A DNA stretch of 64,000 bases from Candidatus Praeruminimicrobium purgamenti (GCA_018433585.1 JAHDQW010000005.1:113059-177058), one strand, 5' to 3'; counted from the first letter of the stretch, positions 1 through 10,971 are shown. Program-made: numbers and translations. Notes: generated by a model not told the origin, from the sequence alone.

Positions 1-1445
1 GGCAATATATGATCCGTTGATATATTATCGCCTACCTTCAAAACCACTTCGGCACTCATATTTTCCGGCATAGGCTCAAACTCCGGCAGAGATTTTATAT
101 TAGGACCTCTGACTACGTCCGATGAATTGTTTCCGAAAGGTTTTTGAAAATGATCGTCATTAATATAAAACTTTTCAGGCAGCTGTATTTCAGGTTTTGT
201 TCCGAAATAAAGCATAGGGTCTGTTATCTCTCCGGATAAGGCTGCCGCAAGCGCCACTTCAGGAGAGCACAAATATACCTGCGCATCTTTAGTTCCGCTT
301 CTGCCTTCAAAATTTCTGTTAAATGTTCTTAAAGAAACAGCTTTTGTTTTAGGAGCCTGTCCCATACCTATGCAAGGGCCGCATGCGCATTCAAGTATTC
401 TTGCGCCGGCATTTATAATGTTAAATAAATCCCCTGAATTTGCAAGCATCGACATAACCTGCCTCGAGCCTGGAGATAAAGTTAAACTTGTATTTCTGCT
501 TATTTTTTTATCTTTTAAAACTTTCGAACACAATATCATATCCGCAAGAGATGAATTTGTACATGAACCTATACAAACCTGGTCAACTTTTATCCCTTTT
601 AACTCTTTAACTTTCTTAACGTTGTCAGGACTGTGGGGCATAGCTATCAAAGGTTCCAAAGCATTTAAATCAATTGTCATTTCTTCATCATATTCGGCGT
701 TGTCATCTGCAGTCATTTCTGACCAGACGTTTTCTCTGTTTTGTCTTTTTAAAAAATCTTTCGTAATTTCATCAGAAGGGAATATTGTAGTAGTGGCTCC
801 AAGCTCAGTTCCCATATTTGTTATTGTCGCTCTTTCCGGCACCGATAAGGTTTTAACGCCTTCTCCTGAAAATTCAAAAATTTTTCCTCTTCCGCCCTTA
901 ACGGACAATACTCTTAAAAGTTCAAGAATAATATCTTTTGCGCTTACCCACGGTCTTAATTTACCGGTTAATTTTACCTTTACTATTTTTGGCATTGTTA
1001 TATAAAAAGGCTGCCCTGCCATAGCGCAGGCAACATCAAGTCCGCCGGCTCCGAAAGACAGCATTCCTATCCCTCCGCCTGTCGGAGTATGAGAATCCGA
1101 ACCTATTAAAGTTTTGCCAGGAATACCGAATCTTTCAAGATGCACCTGATGGCATATTCCGCTTCCGGCCGGTGAAAATATTATCCCGTATTTGTTTGCT
1201 ATAGTCTGCAAGAATTTATGATCGTCAGCATTTTCAAATCCCGACTGCAGAGTATTATGGTCGACATAACTTACTGAGAGTTCAGTTTTTACTTTTGGAA
1301 CTCCCATTGCCTCAAACTGCAGATATGCCATAGTGCCGGTGGCATCCTGAGTCAATGTCTGATCAATTTTTAGACCTATTTCTCCGCCTGTTTCCATCTT
1401 CCCGGAAACTAAATGCTGTTTAATGATTTTTTTTGATAAATTCAT
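1..1445 (-). CDS. aconitase-family hydratase, N-terminal ~481 aa; C-terminus lies beyond the window start
   Basis: Absent from the ORF track because it is open at the window edge. My reverse-strand translation from ATG 1445 reads MNLSKKIIKQHLVSGKMETGGEIGLKIDQTLTQDATGT...IGSDSHTPTGGG...CIGSCTNSS...CACGPCIGMG. These are aconitase-family Fe-S ligand motifs. GGAG lies 4 nt upstream of the ATG. Confidence 0.85.
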   Translation of the reverse strand, partial: MNLSKKIIKQHLVSGKMETGGEIGLKIDQTLTQDATGTMAYLQFEAMGVPKVKTELSVSYVDHNTLQSGFENADDHKFLQTIANKYGIIFSPAGSGICHQVHLERFGIPGKTLIGSDSHTPTGGGIGMLSFGAGGLDVACAMAGQPFYITMPKIVKVKLTGKLRPWVSAKDIILELLRVLSVKGGRGKIFEFSGEGVKTLSVPERATITNMGTELGATTTIFPSDEITKDFLKRQNRENVWSEMTADDNAEYDEEMTIDLNALEPLIAMPHSPDNVKKVKELKGIKVDQVCIGSCTNSSLADMILCSKVLKDKKISRNTSLTLSPGSRQVMSMLANSGDLFNIINAGARILECACGPCIGMGQAPKTKAVSLRTFNRNFEGRSGTKDAQVYLCSPEVALAAALSGEITDPMLYFGTKPEIQLPEKFYINDDHFQKPFGNNSSDVVRGPNIKSLPEFEPMPENMSAEVVLKVGDNISTDHIL

Positions 1446-1563
1446 ATGCTGCTCCGTATTAAGATTGTTTATTTTATTTTACCAAATTCAAAAAAATTTT
1501 TATAGACTAAAAAACCAAAAATATATTAATTATTTCAAATCGTTTTCTTACAACTTACAGTTT

Positions 1564-3339
1564 TTACCGTCCTCCTCCTCCGCCACCGCCGAAACCGCCT
1601 CCGGAAAAGCCTCCGCCGCCTGCTCTTCCCGGTTTAACGCCGGCTCCGGTAAGAGCTGACGAAAAACCTCCAATGTAACCGGACATTAACCCTTTGTTTA
1701 AAAAAACGCCTCTTGAATGCATAGATTGTTCAATCATGCTCCTGCCTAAACTTGACTCAAAATATTTTGTCCATTTATTTTCAACTCCCAAAGCAATCGC
1801 ATAAGGCAGATAATCGCAGTAAATTTGCTGTGCATTAGTCGGATCAGAAAAAAAAGTTCTGTTTTCCTCCGCTATAGACAAATACTCTTTAAAACCCTCT
1901 ATTTCATCCATCAGCAAGCGCCCTTTTTGCGTATATGCGGGCAGTAAACGGTTAAAGACCATCCCTGTAACGCATAAAAGCACTACAGCGCAAAATATTA
2001 AAATATCCGAAGACATATACATATTAGCTTTAAACGCTATAAAAAAAATAAATCCGATTAAGATAAATTTTATTAAGGCTGCTTTTTTTGTCATACTTCT
2101 GCTCGATATTAAAAAGCGCGCCGGTATAAAAAACACAGACGCAAAAAATACCATAGCTATAGTTTTGACATCTTTTATTGAAAACAAATAAAACATTACT
2201 GAAAAAATTGAAATTATCAGCGGAATATGCCATAAAGCGTTTTTCCTGAAGAATAACCCCTGTTCCTGCAGTTTAAGGTTTCCTTTCAATTCTTTGTTTA
2301 TTTCTTCTATATCTTCATTATAGCCTGATATTTTGACCGTTCGTCCGCCTGAGAACAGCTTTCTGTATACAAGCTCTTCTTCTTCGGATAACTGCCCGGT
2401 TTCCGGTTCTTTTTCATAAACCATTGTATATGAATTTTTTTGTAAAAAACTGCCTTCTTCCTGATTGATTTTAATAATGCCTTTTACCGCCAGAGATACA
2501 AAAATTATTACAAGACATGAATCGCAATTCATTTCTGAAATATACTTCGCAAACGCAGGAGATGTGTCTTTCGGAGGACTATATTGGCGGATAATTTTTG
2601 ATTTTGGGTCTCTGCCTATCTTATTCCATATTACTAAATAATATATTAAAAAAAATATTACCAAAGACAAAACTGCCGCGTTTTGAAAATTTAAGTATTT
2701 CTCAATTAAATCAGGCTCTTTAACAATCCCTTTCTGAAAAGGGACCGCCACAGAAAAGCCTTCACCCGCAGAAAGAATGCGCGAAGTTTCAAAAGACAAT
2801 TTCCCTGTTTGCCGGGCATCGCTTTCTTTAGAACCGTATTTTCCCGTATATAATGAAATTTTATCGTTTATCACATTTGCGCCGGAAGGCAGTTCCAACA
2901 CAAATTTTGCTTTATCTATAGGAAAAATCCAGCCGTTACCTGTCACATTCCAAAAAACTTCGTCATAATTTTTAAAAAAGCCGACTATATTTTTAATTTC
3001 ATATGTAAAAGAATATGTATGAACGCCTGTTTGTATAAAATTATCGTCGCCGAAATTAATTCTTAAATTGTTATTTATATTTTCAGTAAAATACGGATGT
3101 CTCATGCCGTCCATATCAAGACTGACAACCGTTACAAAATTACCGCGCTTTTGCGGCAAATCTCTGTAAATGCCTCTTTTTATTTGAAAATGTTCAGCAG
3201 CAACGGTAATATTTTCGGTAACAACTGCGCCGCCGTTATTATTCAAATGCATTAAAACATCAAAATTTATAATTTTCTCTTCGGATTTAACAATTGCAGG
3301 AAATAACAGACAAAAAATAAGGGTGATTATTTTTTTCAT
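1564..3339 (-). CDS. DUF2207-family membrane protein
   Basis: 591 aa. Signal peptide MKKIITLIFCLLFPAIVKS, an extracytoplasmic N-domain with RGIYRDLP and WNVTGNGW motifs, several TM helices, and a Gly-rich tail GGGGFSGGGFGGGGGGGR typical of the family. Confidence 0.75.
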   Translation of the reverse strand: MKKIITLIFCLLFPAIVKSEEKIINFDVLMHLNNNGGAVVTENITVAAEHFQIKRGIYRDLPQKRGNFVTVVSLDMDGMRHPYFTENINNNLRINFGDDNFIQTGVHTYSFTYEIKNIVGFFKNYDEVFWNVTGNGWIFPIDKAKFVLELPSGANVINDKISLYTGKYGSKESDARQTGKLSFETSRILSAGEGFSVAVPFQKGIVKEPDLIEKYLNFQNAAVLSLVIFFLIYYLVIWNKIGRDPKSKIIRQYSPPKDTSPAFAKYISEMNCDSCLVIIFVSLAVKGIIKINQEEGSFLQKNSYTMVYEKEPETGQLSEEEELVYRKLFSGGRTVKISGYNEDIEEINKELKGNLKLQEQGLFFRKNALWHIPLIISIFSVMFYLFSIKDVKTIAMVFFASVFFIPARFLISSRSMTKKAALIKFILIGFIFFIAFKANMYMSSDILIFCAVVLLCVTGMVFNRLLPAYTQKGRLLMDEIEGFKEYLSIAEENRTFFSDPTNAQQIYCDYLPYAIALGVENKWTKYFESSLGRSMIEQSMHSRGVFLNKGLMSGYIGGFSSALTGAGVKPGRAGGGGFSGGGFGGGGGGGR

Positions 3340-3385
3340 GCATTTTATTATAATACAAAATTTAACAAAAGTATATCTTTATTTA

Positions 3386-3424
3386 TAAAAAAATTCCGGC
3401 TGCCGATAAAACGGCAGCCGGAAT
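3386..3424 (-). terminator. Rho-independent terminator after the 1070-aa gene
   Basis: Perfect 13-bp stem ATTCCGGCTGCCG (3393-3405) / CGGCAGCCGGAAT (3412-3424) with a 6-nt loop. On the minus strand it is followed by T7 (plus-strand A-run 3386-3392). Confidence 0.8.
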
Positions 3425-3444
3425 ACACTTTATAACAAACGGAC

Positions 3445-6400
3445 TCAGAATGTTGCCGTTATCGATTCAGCCTGTCTGTTTCTTATATCAAGAGCAAACT
3501 GACCTGTTATTTCAGAACCGTTAAATTCGTTTTTTCTGCCGTCTTTCCATAATATTTCCGTCTTTTTTATTTTCACGCCCGGCAAATATGTGCTTTTTCT
3601 TGATTTATTGACATACGTAATATCCGTAACGGAAAATAATTTTGCGCTGAACTTTCCGTCTTTGTCAAAATAAGAAGAATGTATTAAAGGTCTTAAGCTG
3701 AAAACCAAATTATTCTCATTATCTGTTAAAAATGGTTTTTCTCCGAGAACCATCGTTATCCACATATCAATGAATTCGGCGGTAGACCCGCTGAGTCTTG
3801 CAACGAAACCTCTTCCCCAGTTTCTTTTGTCAGGGAAAGCGCTTGAAGAAACAAATGAGGAATTTTCCAATATGCTTCTGCCGTAAATTTCAGGATTAAG
3901 GAAACAAGGGAAACAAGTTTTCACTGAGTTAAAAAATTCATCGTACAGACCTGCTTTTAACAGCCCCAAAAGATATTTAAATTCCATGTGCATAAATACG
4001 GATTCATTTTCAAGCCATCCAGGCAGAAAAACTCTTGTTCTTCCGATTTCGTTTGATTCGCTTAATAAAGAATCGCAGACTTTATACATTTTTAAATGTT
4101 TATCGTATAATCCGCTCTTTTTTAAAGATTCAAAATGTTTTTTTGCATTTTCTTTATCGGATTCCATTCTCATAAAATGAGTTTCGGATTCCAGAAATAA
4201 AGGTAACGGATACTGCTCAAATTTAGAAATTTTTACGCAAGGGAGCCCTTTAATGCTTTTTTCGTTATTCTTCTGGTATTTAACTGCTTCATATCTGAAG
4301 TAAGTCAAATAAAGGTTTGTTTTTTTGTCTATGGCTTTCTTTAACCCAGAATTTATTTTTATAACGGCTTTTTCAATAAACTCTATTATATCATCAGACT
4401 TAACTTGTTCCTCTTTGCCGTCTATTCCGAAAATAACGGAACTTCTGTAACTTTCTTTTAACGCTGTAGCTTTATCCCAAAAAGTAAAAGCGTCGGTTTT
4501 CTGATTTAAAAGCTTCAACAATCCTTTAAAAAGAGAGGCAACTTCATACGGAACAAAAATCTGTTCGGTCTTATTTTCTTGCAGCGTTTTTTTAAATGAA
4601 AGCATTAATTTTCTCAATTCGAAAACTTCAGGAGTCGATGAACCGAAAAGTCCCGGCAGCCCGTTCAAAGAATCATACCATCCCGGTTTATCCGATTCCA
4701 TTTCCATTCCTATCCCTTCGCTGTCTAAAGTCGCAAACTTTACAGCCATCAAAGTAACAAATTTTGATGCAAGGGTGGTTTTGTAAATTTCACCTTTCCC
4801 GTTATTTGTTCTTAAAGCGTTAGGATTATCTCTTCTTGAAGAAATCATAGCGGCTTTTTCATCTGATTTTACTACAGAGCCGAACTGCCTTACTGTCCCT
4901 TCAGGAGTCAGAACATACTTTTTTGATCTCGGCAAAACATAATGATCCGAATCATAATAGACATATGTTTTATCTTTAAAAAACAGTTCCTTTTCTTTCT
5001 CGGGATAAACGCTCAAATAACTTTCAACCAAATCAAAATTATATTTCCAATGATCTACCCAAAAACCTTCTCCGTGGCTTGCGTCATTTACCGCTTGAGA
5101 CAACGTAACGATCTTAGATATAAAATCTTCGAATTTGATTTTTGTTTTTATTTTTGAAAACTCTACAAACGTGGCAAGCGAACCCGGCTCAAAAGGTTTT
5201 GCAAAGAAATGATTTAATTTTTTTTCATCTTCTTTTGAAACCAAATCTTTAAGAATTTCCTTATATTCAGAACTTTTTACATCCAAAACGAACAAAGTTC
5301 CTTTAACGACAAGAGGATTACAGCCGTCTATCTGTAGTAAATTATAAAATATTTTAACGGCGCTGTCTTTTACGTTAGGGTTAAAAAATATGTCCTTTCT
5401 TCTGTTTTGGTTTACATCCCTGTAATTCCCGTTGCCCTGCGAATAATAATTAGGAGAAACCTGGAAATCGTTGTAATCTCTTTCAAGATCTCCGTGTTTC
5501 CTTGAATATACGTAATACATCGCGGATTTATCATTATATTTGAATTCTATCGGAAGTCCGCCCCTCATAACGTTATCAAGATAATTTTGTCTGCAATACA
5601 TATCGAATGCCGGTATCGCGGATTTTGTAGACATATTTTCTGTAATAGAATTAATCAAATCTTTGTTTTCGGAACATTTTTCATTAAAATAAGACGAATT
5701 AAGCTTTTTCACATATTTGTTTAAAGATTCGACGCTTTCAATATGACCGATAACAGAATATATCGTAATCTGCTTTGACTGTTTTAAATTTTGTTTAACA
5801 TAACTGAAAGCAGAAGGATATTTATTGTCGGCAAATTGTTTTTTAGGATATTTAAAATCACCGTTGAATAAATTTTCAGGATAAGAAAAACCGGTGTCGG
5901 ATCCGAATAAAATTTCAGGATCAATTATAATATCTGTTTTTTTTGTTTTCTTGTCTTCCGTGAAAGAATAAAAGAAATTTCCTTCAGTAATTTCTACAAC
6001 TTCCGGTCTGTCTTCAACTTCAACTTTCAATCTGTAAAAAGGAACTCCGCTTTTGTCGAAATTGTCTACGGTAGTCCACGCCTGTATTGTAGTTGACATA
6101 TATTTTTGAGCGTATACGTTTGTGTAATACGGCAGCACTTTAGGCATACCGTCGGCTATTTCAACCGACATATCGGTCTTTGAAATATTCTCTACGCTGA
6201 CACTTCTTAAAAGACCCGCCAACGGCTGATTAGGAAGAGTAAAATATTTTACAACGGTCTTAATCCCTATTTTTGTATTTATTTCCTCTATTGAAATTTC
6301 ATGCGCAGAAATATACATATTCTGTTTAATAAAATCGACGGCGGCAGAATTGTTTTTAAACGGCTCATAACAAATAACTTCTTTCGATTTTTTGATTTTT

Positions 6401-6657
6401 AAAAACGTTCTGAACCCGAAAGTATTTACCAGATTATAAGTGCTGTTTGCAGGATAAAATTCCATTATTGCATAATTTTTATTTTTTATGCCGAAAGAAC
6501 TTATGCATTGCCCTCTGTTCACATAATATGCCCACATCGGAATCCCTTTCACTCCGGCTATCCCGGGAAAAAAACTTGCAAAAGTCGGTGCCAAATTATA
6601 ATTTTCAATAACAAAAACGCCGTCTTTATTTAAACAATAACTATATTTTGCGCCCAT
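3445..6657 (-). CDS. large uncharacterised protein, probably an (alpha/alpha)6-barrel glycoside phosphorylase/hydrolase-like enzyme (GH94/GH149/GH161-type clan)
   Basis: 1070 aa with no signal peptide. The motifs GNGNYRDVNQNRR, DKPGWYDSLNGLPG and PGWLENESVFMHMEFKY resemble, from memory, the RD.NQD / DWND.LN / ENGG.F.H motifs of GH94-type catalytic domains. Family assignment is unverified. Confidence 0.4.
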   Translation of the reverse strand: MGAKYSYCLNKDGVFVIENYNLAPTFASFFPGIAGVKGIPMWAYYVNRGQCISSFGIKNKNYAIMEFYPANSTYNLVNTFGFRTFLKIKKSKEVICYEPFKNNSAAVDFIKQNMYISAHEISIEEINTKIGIKTVVKYFTLPNQPLAGLLRSVSVENISKTDMSVEIADGMPKVLPYYTNVYAQKYMSTTIQAWTTVDNFDKSGVPFYRLKVEVEDRPEVVEITEGNFFYSFTEDKKTKKTDIIIDPEILFGSDTGFSYPENLFNGDFKYPKKQFADNKYPSAFSYVKQNLKQSKQITIYSVIGHIESVESLNKYVKKLNSSYFNEKCSENKDLINSITENMSTKSAIPAFDMYCRQNYLDNVMRGGLPIEFKYNDKSAMYYVYSRKHGDLERDYNDFQVSPNYYSQGNGNYRDVNQNRRKDIFFNPNVKDSAVKIFYNLLQIDGCNPLVVKGTLFVLDVKSSEYKEILKDLVSKEDEKKLNHFFAKPFEPGSLATFVEFSKIKTKIKFEDFISKIVTLSQAVNDASHGEGFWVDHWKYNFDLVESYLSVYPEKEKELFFKDKTYVYYDSDHYVLPRSKKYVLTPEGTVRQFGSVVKSDEKAAMISSRRDNPNALRTNNGKGEIYKTTLASKFVTLMAVKFATLDSEGIGMEMESDKPGWYDSLNGLPGLFGSSTPEVFELRKLMLSFKKTLQENKTEQIFVPYEVASLFKGLLKLLNQKTDAFTFWDKATALKESYRSSVIFGIDGKEEQVKSDDIIEFIEKAVIKINSGLKKAIDKKTNLYLTYFRYEAVKYQKNNEKSIKGLPCVKISKFEQYPLPLFLESETHFMRMESDKENAKKHFESLKKSGLYDKHLKMYKVCDSLLSESNEIGRTRVFLPGWLENESVFMHMEFKYLLGLLKAGLYDEFFNSVKTCFPCFLNPEIYGRSILENSSFVSSSAFPDKRNWGRGFVARLSGSTAEFIDMWITMVLGEKPFLTDNENNLVFSLRPLIHSSYFDKDGKFSAKLFSVTDITYVNKSRKSTYLPGVKIKKTEILWKDGRKNEFNGSEITGQFALDIRNRQAESITATF

Positions 6658-6689
6658 TACAGATTCTCCTTTTTTATATTGTAATAAAT

Positions 6690-7988
6690 TTATTTATTTT
6701 TAAAGACTCTTTTGAAAATAAAATCAACATTTTTAAAATGCGTTTTTATATCGCAGTCTCTTCTTATTTCTTTCTCAGACAAATATTTTTTCATTTCATC
6801 GCTTTTTAAAGCAACTTCTTCAAGACTTATTTTCTTTTCTCTTGCTTCAAACGCAAGCTTCTGCATCAACGCGTAAGAATTTTCTCTTGTTAATCCCTTA
6901 TCCACTAAAGATAAAAGCAGCGTGCCTGAAAAAATAACGTCTTTCGTTTTATCCAAATTAATCTGCATATTCTGAGGGTATACGTTAAGTCCTGACAACA
7001 GACCCTGCATTCTCACAAGCATATAATGAAGACCTATCGTCGCATCCGGCATCATTATCCTTTCAGTGGAAGAATGACTGATGTCTCTTTCATGCCACAA
7101 AGCTATATTTTCCATGGCAGTTACGGCATAACCTCTCAGAAGCCTTGCAAAACCGCATATATTCTCCGATATTATAGGATTTCTTTTATGCGGCATAGCC
7201 GATGAACCTTTCTGCCCTTTTGTAAAAGGCTCTTCAGCCTCTGCGACTTCCGTTCTTTGCAGATGTCTTATTTCGACCGCAATTCTTTCAAGGTTGCTTC
7301 CTACATGAGCTATAGACGATAAAAATATCGAATGTCTGTCTCTAGGGACAATTTGCGTTGAAACAGGTTCAGGTACTAATCCCATCTTTTTACAAACATA
7401 TTGTTCAACTTTAGGACTTAAATGCGCAAACGTTCCTACCGCGCCTGAAATTTTTCCGTAACTTACCGTCTTTAAAGCATATTGAAGTCTTTCTAATGAC
7501 CTTTCAAGTTCACTGTACCAAGTGGCGACTTTTAAGCCGAATGTTGTAGGTTCGGCATGAACTCCGTGTGTTCTGCCCATAGTCGGAGTATACTTATATT
7601 GTTTTGCCAGTTTTTTTGTTATAACGCATAATTTTTTTGTCTCTTCTATGAGAAGAAGACAAGCCTGCCTCATTTGGGCGGCAAGAGCAGTATCCAAAAC
7701 GTCTGAAGACGTCATACCCAAATGCAAAAATCTTGCTTCAGGTCCGACAGATTCGACAACAGCCGTCAAAAATGAAATGACGTCATGTTTTACTGTCAAT
7801 TCAATTTCATTGATTCTGTCAATATTAATTTTTGCTTTCTTTTTAACCTTATCAACCGCAGACTTAGGAACCGTTCCCAATTGAGCCATAGCTTCTGCCG
7901 CGTAAATTTCAACTTCTAACATTTTTTTAAATCTGTTCTCATCTGACCAAATCGAAGCCATTTCAGGCTTAGTATACCTTGGAATCAT
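6690..7988 (-). CDS. purB: adenylosuccinate lyase
   Basis: 432 aa with the fumarate-lyase signature GSSAMPHKRNP. N-terminus MIPRYTKPEMASIWSDENRF is typical of PurB. Confidence 0.95.
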   Translation of the reverse strand: MIPRYTKPEMASIWSDENRFKKMLEVEIYAAEAMAQLGTVPKSAVDKVKKKAKINIDRINEIELTVKHDVISFLTAVVESVGPEARFLHLGMTSSDVLDTALAAQMRQACLLLIEETKKLCVITKKLAKQYKYTPTMGRTHGVHAEPTTFGLKVATWYSELERSLERLQYALKTVSYGKISGAVGTFAHLSPKVEQYVCKKMGLVPEPVSTQIVPRDRHSIFLSSIAHVGSNLERIAVEIRHLQRTEVAEAEEPFTKGQKGSSAMPHKRNPIISENICGFARLLRGYAVTAMENIALWHERDISHSSTERIMMPDATIGLHYMLVRMQGLLSGLNVYPQNMQINLDKTKDVIFSGTLLLSLVDKGLTRENSYALMQKLAFEAREKKISLEEVALKSDEMKKYLSEKEIRRDCDIKTHFKNVDFIFKRVFKNK

Positions 7989-8008
7989 ATCTCCCTCTTT
8001 TTTTTATA

Positions 8009-9466
8009 TTAAACAACTTCATTATTAATTATTTTATACATAAAGTCTATAATCCATCCTTTAAAAACCCACCAACACTGCATTTTCATTTCACCGAATT
8101 TTATTTTCTCGACAATTTTTTTATCATTCAACATCTCTTTTACTTTCAGGTTGTTCCCCTGTATATAAGCAAACAGCAGTTCACTGATATAAATTATGTC
8201 TTTCCTGTTTTCGCGTTCCTTAATATTGCCTTCCGAGGCAGAATTTATCTCATTGTCCAATTCTTTTAATTTACCGATATATTCTTCCATTTTAGGAATA
8301 TTATATGAATCTGTTATGTTATTGTAAAATGAATAAAAAAAGATCTCTCCCAAAGCATCCCTGTAAGCCGCAAACATATCCTGTCTGCCAAAATTCATTA
8401 CGCTTTTTATTTTTTCGGGATCAATGCCGCCGCTGCTATTGATTATATTAATTCTGTGCCTTTTTGACAAAGAATTTAGAAACTCATCAGCAAGAAATAT
8501 ATGCATTTTTATGTTAGGATGCACAATATCAATAAAATAATTATATCCTATGACTTCATTGAATCCGTCTAATTTCCCGGCCGTATCAACTAAGTTAATG
8601 CCGTATTTTTGCGCCAGTTTCTTTATTACTCTGTTCTGATATCTCGTAGGTCTGGTATCTCGTCCGTATTCGACGCCGTTAAGGTACGCTTCTTTTGCTT
8701 CCATTATTTTATTCTGTCTTTCGTATATTTTGCCTATTCTATACCATATCTGCGATTTATCTTCTTTTGATTTTAACAGATTGTTACATTTTTCAAAAGC
8801 GTCGTTATATTTTTTATTTAAAATAAGATTGTCAATCTCTTTAATATTTTCCTTGATATTGTCTTTCCCGATTAATGAAGAAACATTATTAGGCATACAC
8901 CCTGCGTAATTGCCAGTTATTGTAGAGACATACATATCATCCCCGAATTTTTTTGCAAGTTTTATTATCCTTTCATATTCATAAGCAAAATCATATTTGT
9001 CAGAAAAATAAGTCCTTGCAAAACCGATGATATTAAAATTAAGGCTCAGCGAAAAATCATATCCCGTACTCTTGTCAGCCCAGTCTCCGGATCCTTTCAT
9101 ATAACACAAAATTATTCCTTTTCTGAAAGGATGAGTATATTTGTATAAAAAATATTTTAAGTATTGCTGCGATATCCTTTCGCTTTCGCCGGCAAGCATT
9201 ATAAATTCCGTTTCCCTGCCGTCAATTTTATTGTCTGTCATATAACGCATTATTTTTGAAAAAGAAATTTTTGAATCATAAGGATGTCCGACAGATATCG
9301 ATTCGCCTATCACATACACATAAGTTTTTGTGCCGGATACGGGTAAATTTCTGTAAACAAAAGGAATAATCTGTAATATCAATTCAAATGTTAAAATGCT
9401 TATTACGCAAACGATACAAACCGCCAATATCCAGTAAATTATTTTTTGCACAAACTTTTTCATCAA
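8009..9466 (-). CDS. membrane-anchored SGNH-like hydrolase/acyltransferase-fold protein with internal TPR-like hairpin (paralog 1, intact)
   Basis: 485 aa with an N-terminal TM helix. SGNH-like blocks: VYVIGESISVG (block I), STITGNYAG (block III), DIVHPN (block V, DxxH). A TPR-like segment IWYRIGKIYERQNKIMEAKEAYLNGVEY lies between blocks III and V. Confidence 0.5.
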   Translation of the reverse strand: MMKKFVQKIIYWILAVCIVCVISILTFELILQIIPFVYRNLPVSGTKTYVYVIGESISVGHPYDSKISFSKIMRYMTDNKIDGRETEFIMLAGESERISQQYLKYFLYKYTHPFRKGIILCYMKGSGDWADKSTGYDFSLSLNFNIIGFARTYFSDKYDFAYEYERIIKLAKKFGDDMYVSTITGNYAGCMPNNVSSLIGKDNIKENIKEIDNLILNKKYNDAFEKCNNLLKSKEDKSQIWYRIGKIYERQNKIMEAKEAYLNGVEYGRDTRPTRYQNRVIKKLAQKYGINLVDTAGKLDGFNEVIGYNYFIDIVHPNIKMHIFLADEFLNSLSKRHRINIINSSGGIDPEKIKSVMNFGRQDMFAAYRDALGEIFFYSFYNNITDSYNIPKMEEYIGKLKELDNEINSASEGNIKERENRKDIIYISELLFAYIQGNNLKVKEMLNDKKIVEKIKFGEMKMQCWWVFKGWIIDFMYKIINNEVV

Positions 9467-9586
9467 ACCTCTTTCATAAACTTACAATTTTTTCTAAAAA
9501 CCCGGCCAAGCAGCCTCTTGAGAATGACTGCACTGTACATAACAGCTTAGTTATTATTATATAATCAACTTTTATTGCCGGAATAA

Positions 9587-10971
9587 TCAGACTGCTTTGT
9601 TTTCTACATGTATTTTATCAATTATTAATTTACCGTCCCATCTGAATTTATAACAAAATATATTTATCTCATCCAATTTATCTATTAATTTTTTCTTATA
9701 TAAAATATCATGCATTTCTTCCAAGTTGCCTTTTAAATATGCTATAAGCATATTGCATGCATTTGTATACTTATCTTTCAAAGACTCATTAATGTTAAGC
9801 TTTCCCATTTTTTCGACACATTCCTTAAGTTTAGGCAGATTGTACGCATCAACATTGCCGTCAATCAAAGAATATGCAAATATTTCACCGAAAACATTTT
9901 TATATGCATTAAACAAATCATAATCATTTAAGCGGCAATATTTTAAAACTGCGTCGCTGTCCGGACTTGGGTTTATTATATCAACCTGATATTTTGAAGA
10001 AATAAGATTTACAAAATTTTCAGCTATTAAAATATTAAGAATAAGAGAAGGATGTATTTTATCGCCAAAAAATTTATAACCTATTACATCCCCGGAATTT
10101 AACAATTTACCGAAGATATCAGCAAGAGGTATTTGATATTTTGCCGCAAGGAATTTTATAACGGTATTCTGGTATCTTGCAGGTCTTGCATCCCATCCGT
10201 ATTCGACAGCGTTTAAATACGCTTCATTTGCTTCGTTCGTTTTCCCGAGACTTTCATAAATTTTACCGGTTTTGTACCATATCTGCGCTTTATTGTGATT
10301 CTCGGCGAACATTTCTTTGCATTTTGAAAATGCAGAATCATACTTTTTCTCGGCAATCAAAGTATCTGTCTGTTTTAAATTTTCTTTTAAATTTTTATTT
10401 GATAAAGACGATACGTCATTAGGCATAAAACCGCCGTAATTCCCGGCTATAGTTGAGACAAAAATATTATCTCCGAATCTCTTTGACGATACTATTATCT
10501 GTTCATAATCATCAAGGAAATTATGATTCCTGTCGAAATAATTTTTAAGAAAGCTTATAAGATAAAAACCCGACAAATGTTCTTTTCTTTTTTCTAAGCC
10601 TCTGTTTGACCAGTCATTTGTCCCCATATACGCAAGAACTATCCCCTTTTTAAACGGATGCAGAAACTTATACCTGACATATTTTTTATACTGGTCAAAC
10701 AATGTGTCTCGGGATATGCCAGCATAACCGTTTCGATATCTTTATTATTAATTTTATTGCCTGTGATGTACTGAATTATTTTTGAATACGGAATATTATA
10801 AGGATAACCGTAAGCTGAGGATTCGCCGATTATATAAAGATACGTTTTTTCATTATCTTCCGGCAAAAGTTTATAGAAAGCAGGAACTGTCTGGAAAATA
10901 ATTTCGACAAAAATACAGGAAAGCAGCGCTATTATTGTAGATGCCGTGACAAAATATATTGTTTTTTTCAT
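9587..10971 (-). pseudogene. paralog 2 of the SGNH-like/TPR family, interrupted by a 1-nt frameshift near 10702-10712
   Basis: The N-terminal ORF 10639..10971 (MKKTIYF...LYIIGESSAYGYPY...AYPETHC) and C-terminal ORF 9587..10702 (FDQYKKYVRYKFLHPFKKG...STIAGNYGG...DKIHPS) are collinear with paralogs 1 and 3 but in different frames. The junction is CCCGAGACACATTGTTTGAC. The ATG overlaps the purN stop (ATGA). Confidence 0.6.

Noticed and set aside
370-1005. Long plus-strand ORFs (370-1005, 36326-36763, 42681-43145, 52449-52946 and many shorter ones) lying antisense to strong genes.
   Set aside because: They lie entirely opposite well-supported genes (aconitase, phoU, phoR, trkH). Their composition is low-complexity Ser/Phe/Ile-rich, and they have no SD or recognisable motifs. 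Such shadow ORFs are common in AT-rich genomes.
1564-1660. GC-rich GGN repeat tract at the DUF2207 3' end.
   Set aside because: It encodes the glycine-rich C-terminal tail that is typical of DUF2207 proteins and is not an independent element.
9467-9586. 120-nt gap between paralogs 1 and 2 containing a 25-codon ORF (MYSAVILKRLLGRVFRKNCKFMKEV).
   Set aside because: It has no SD, overlaps the ribosome-binding region of paralog 1, and shows no similarity to the paralog tails. It is probably non-coding spacer.
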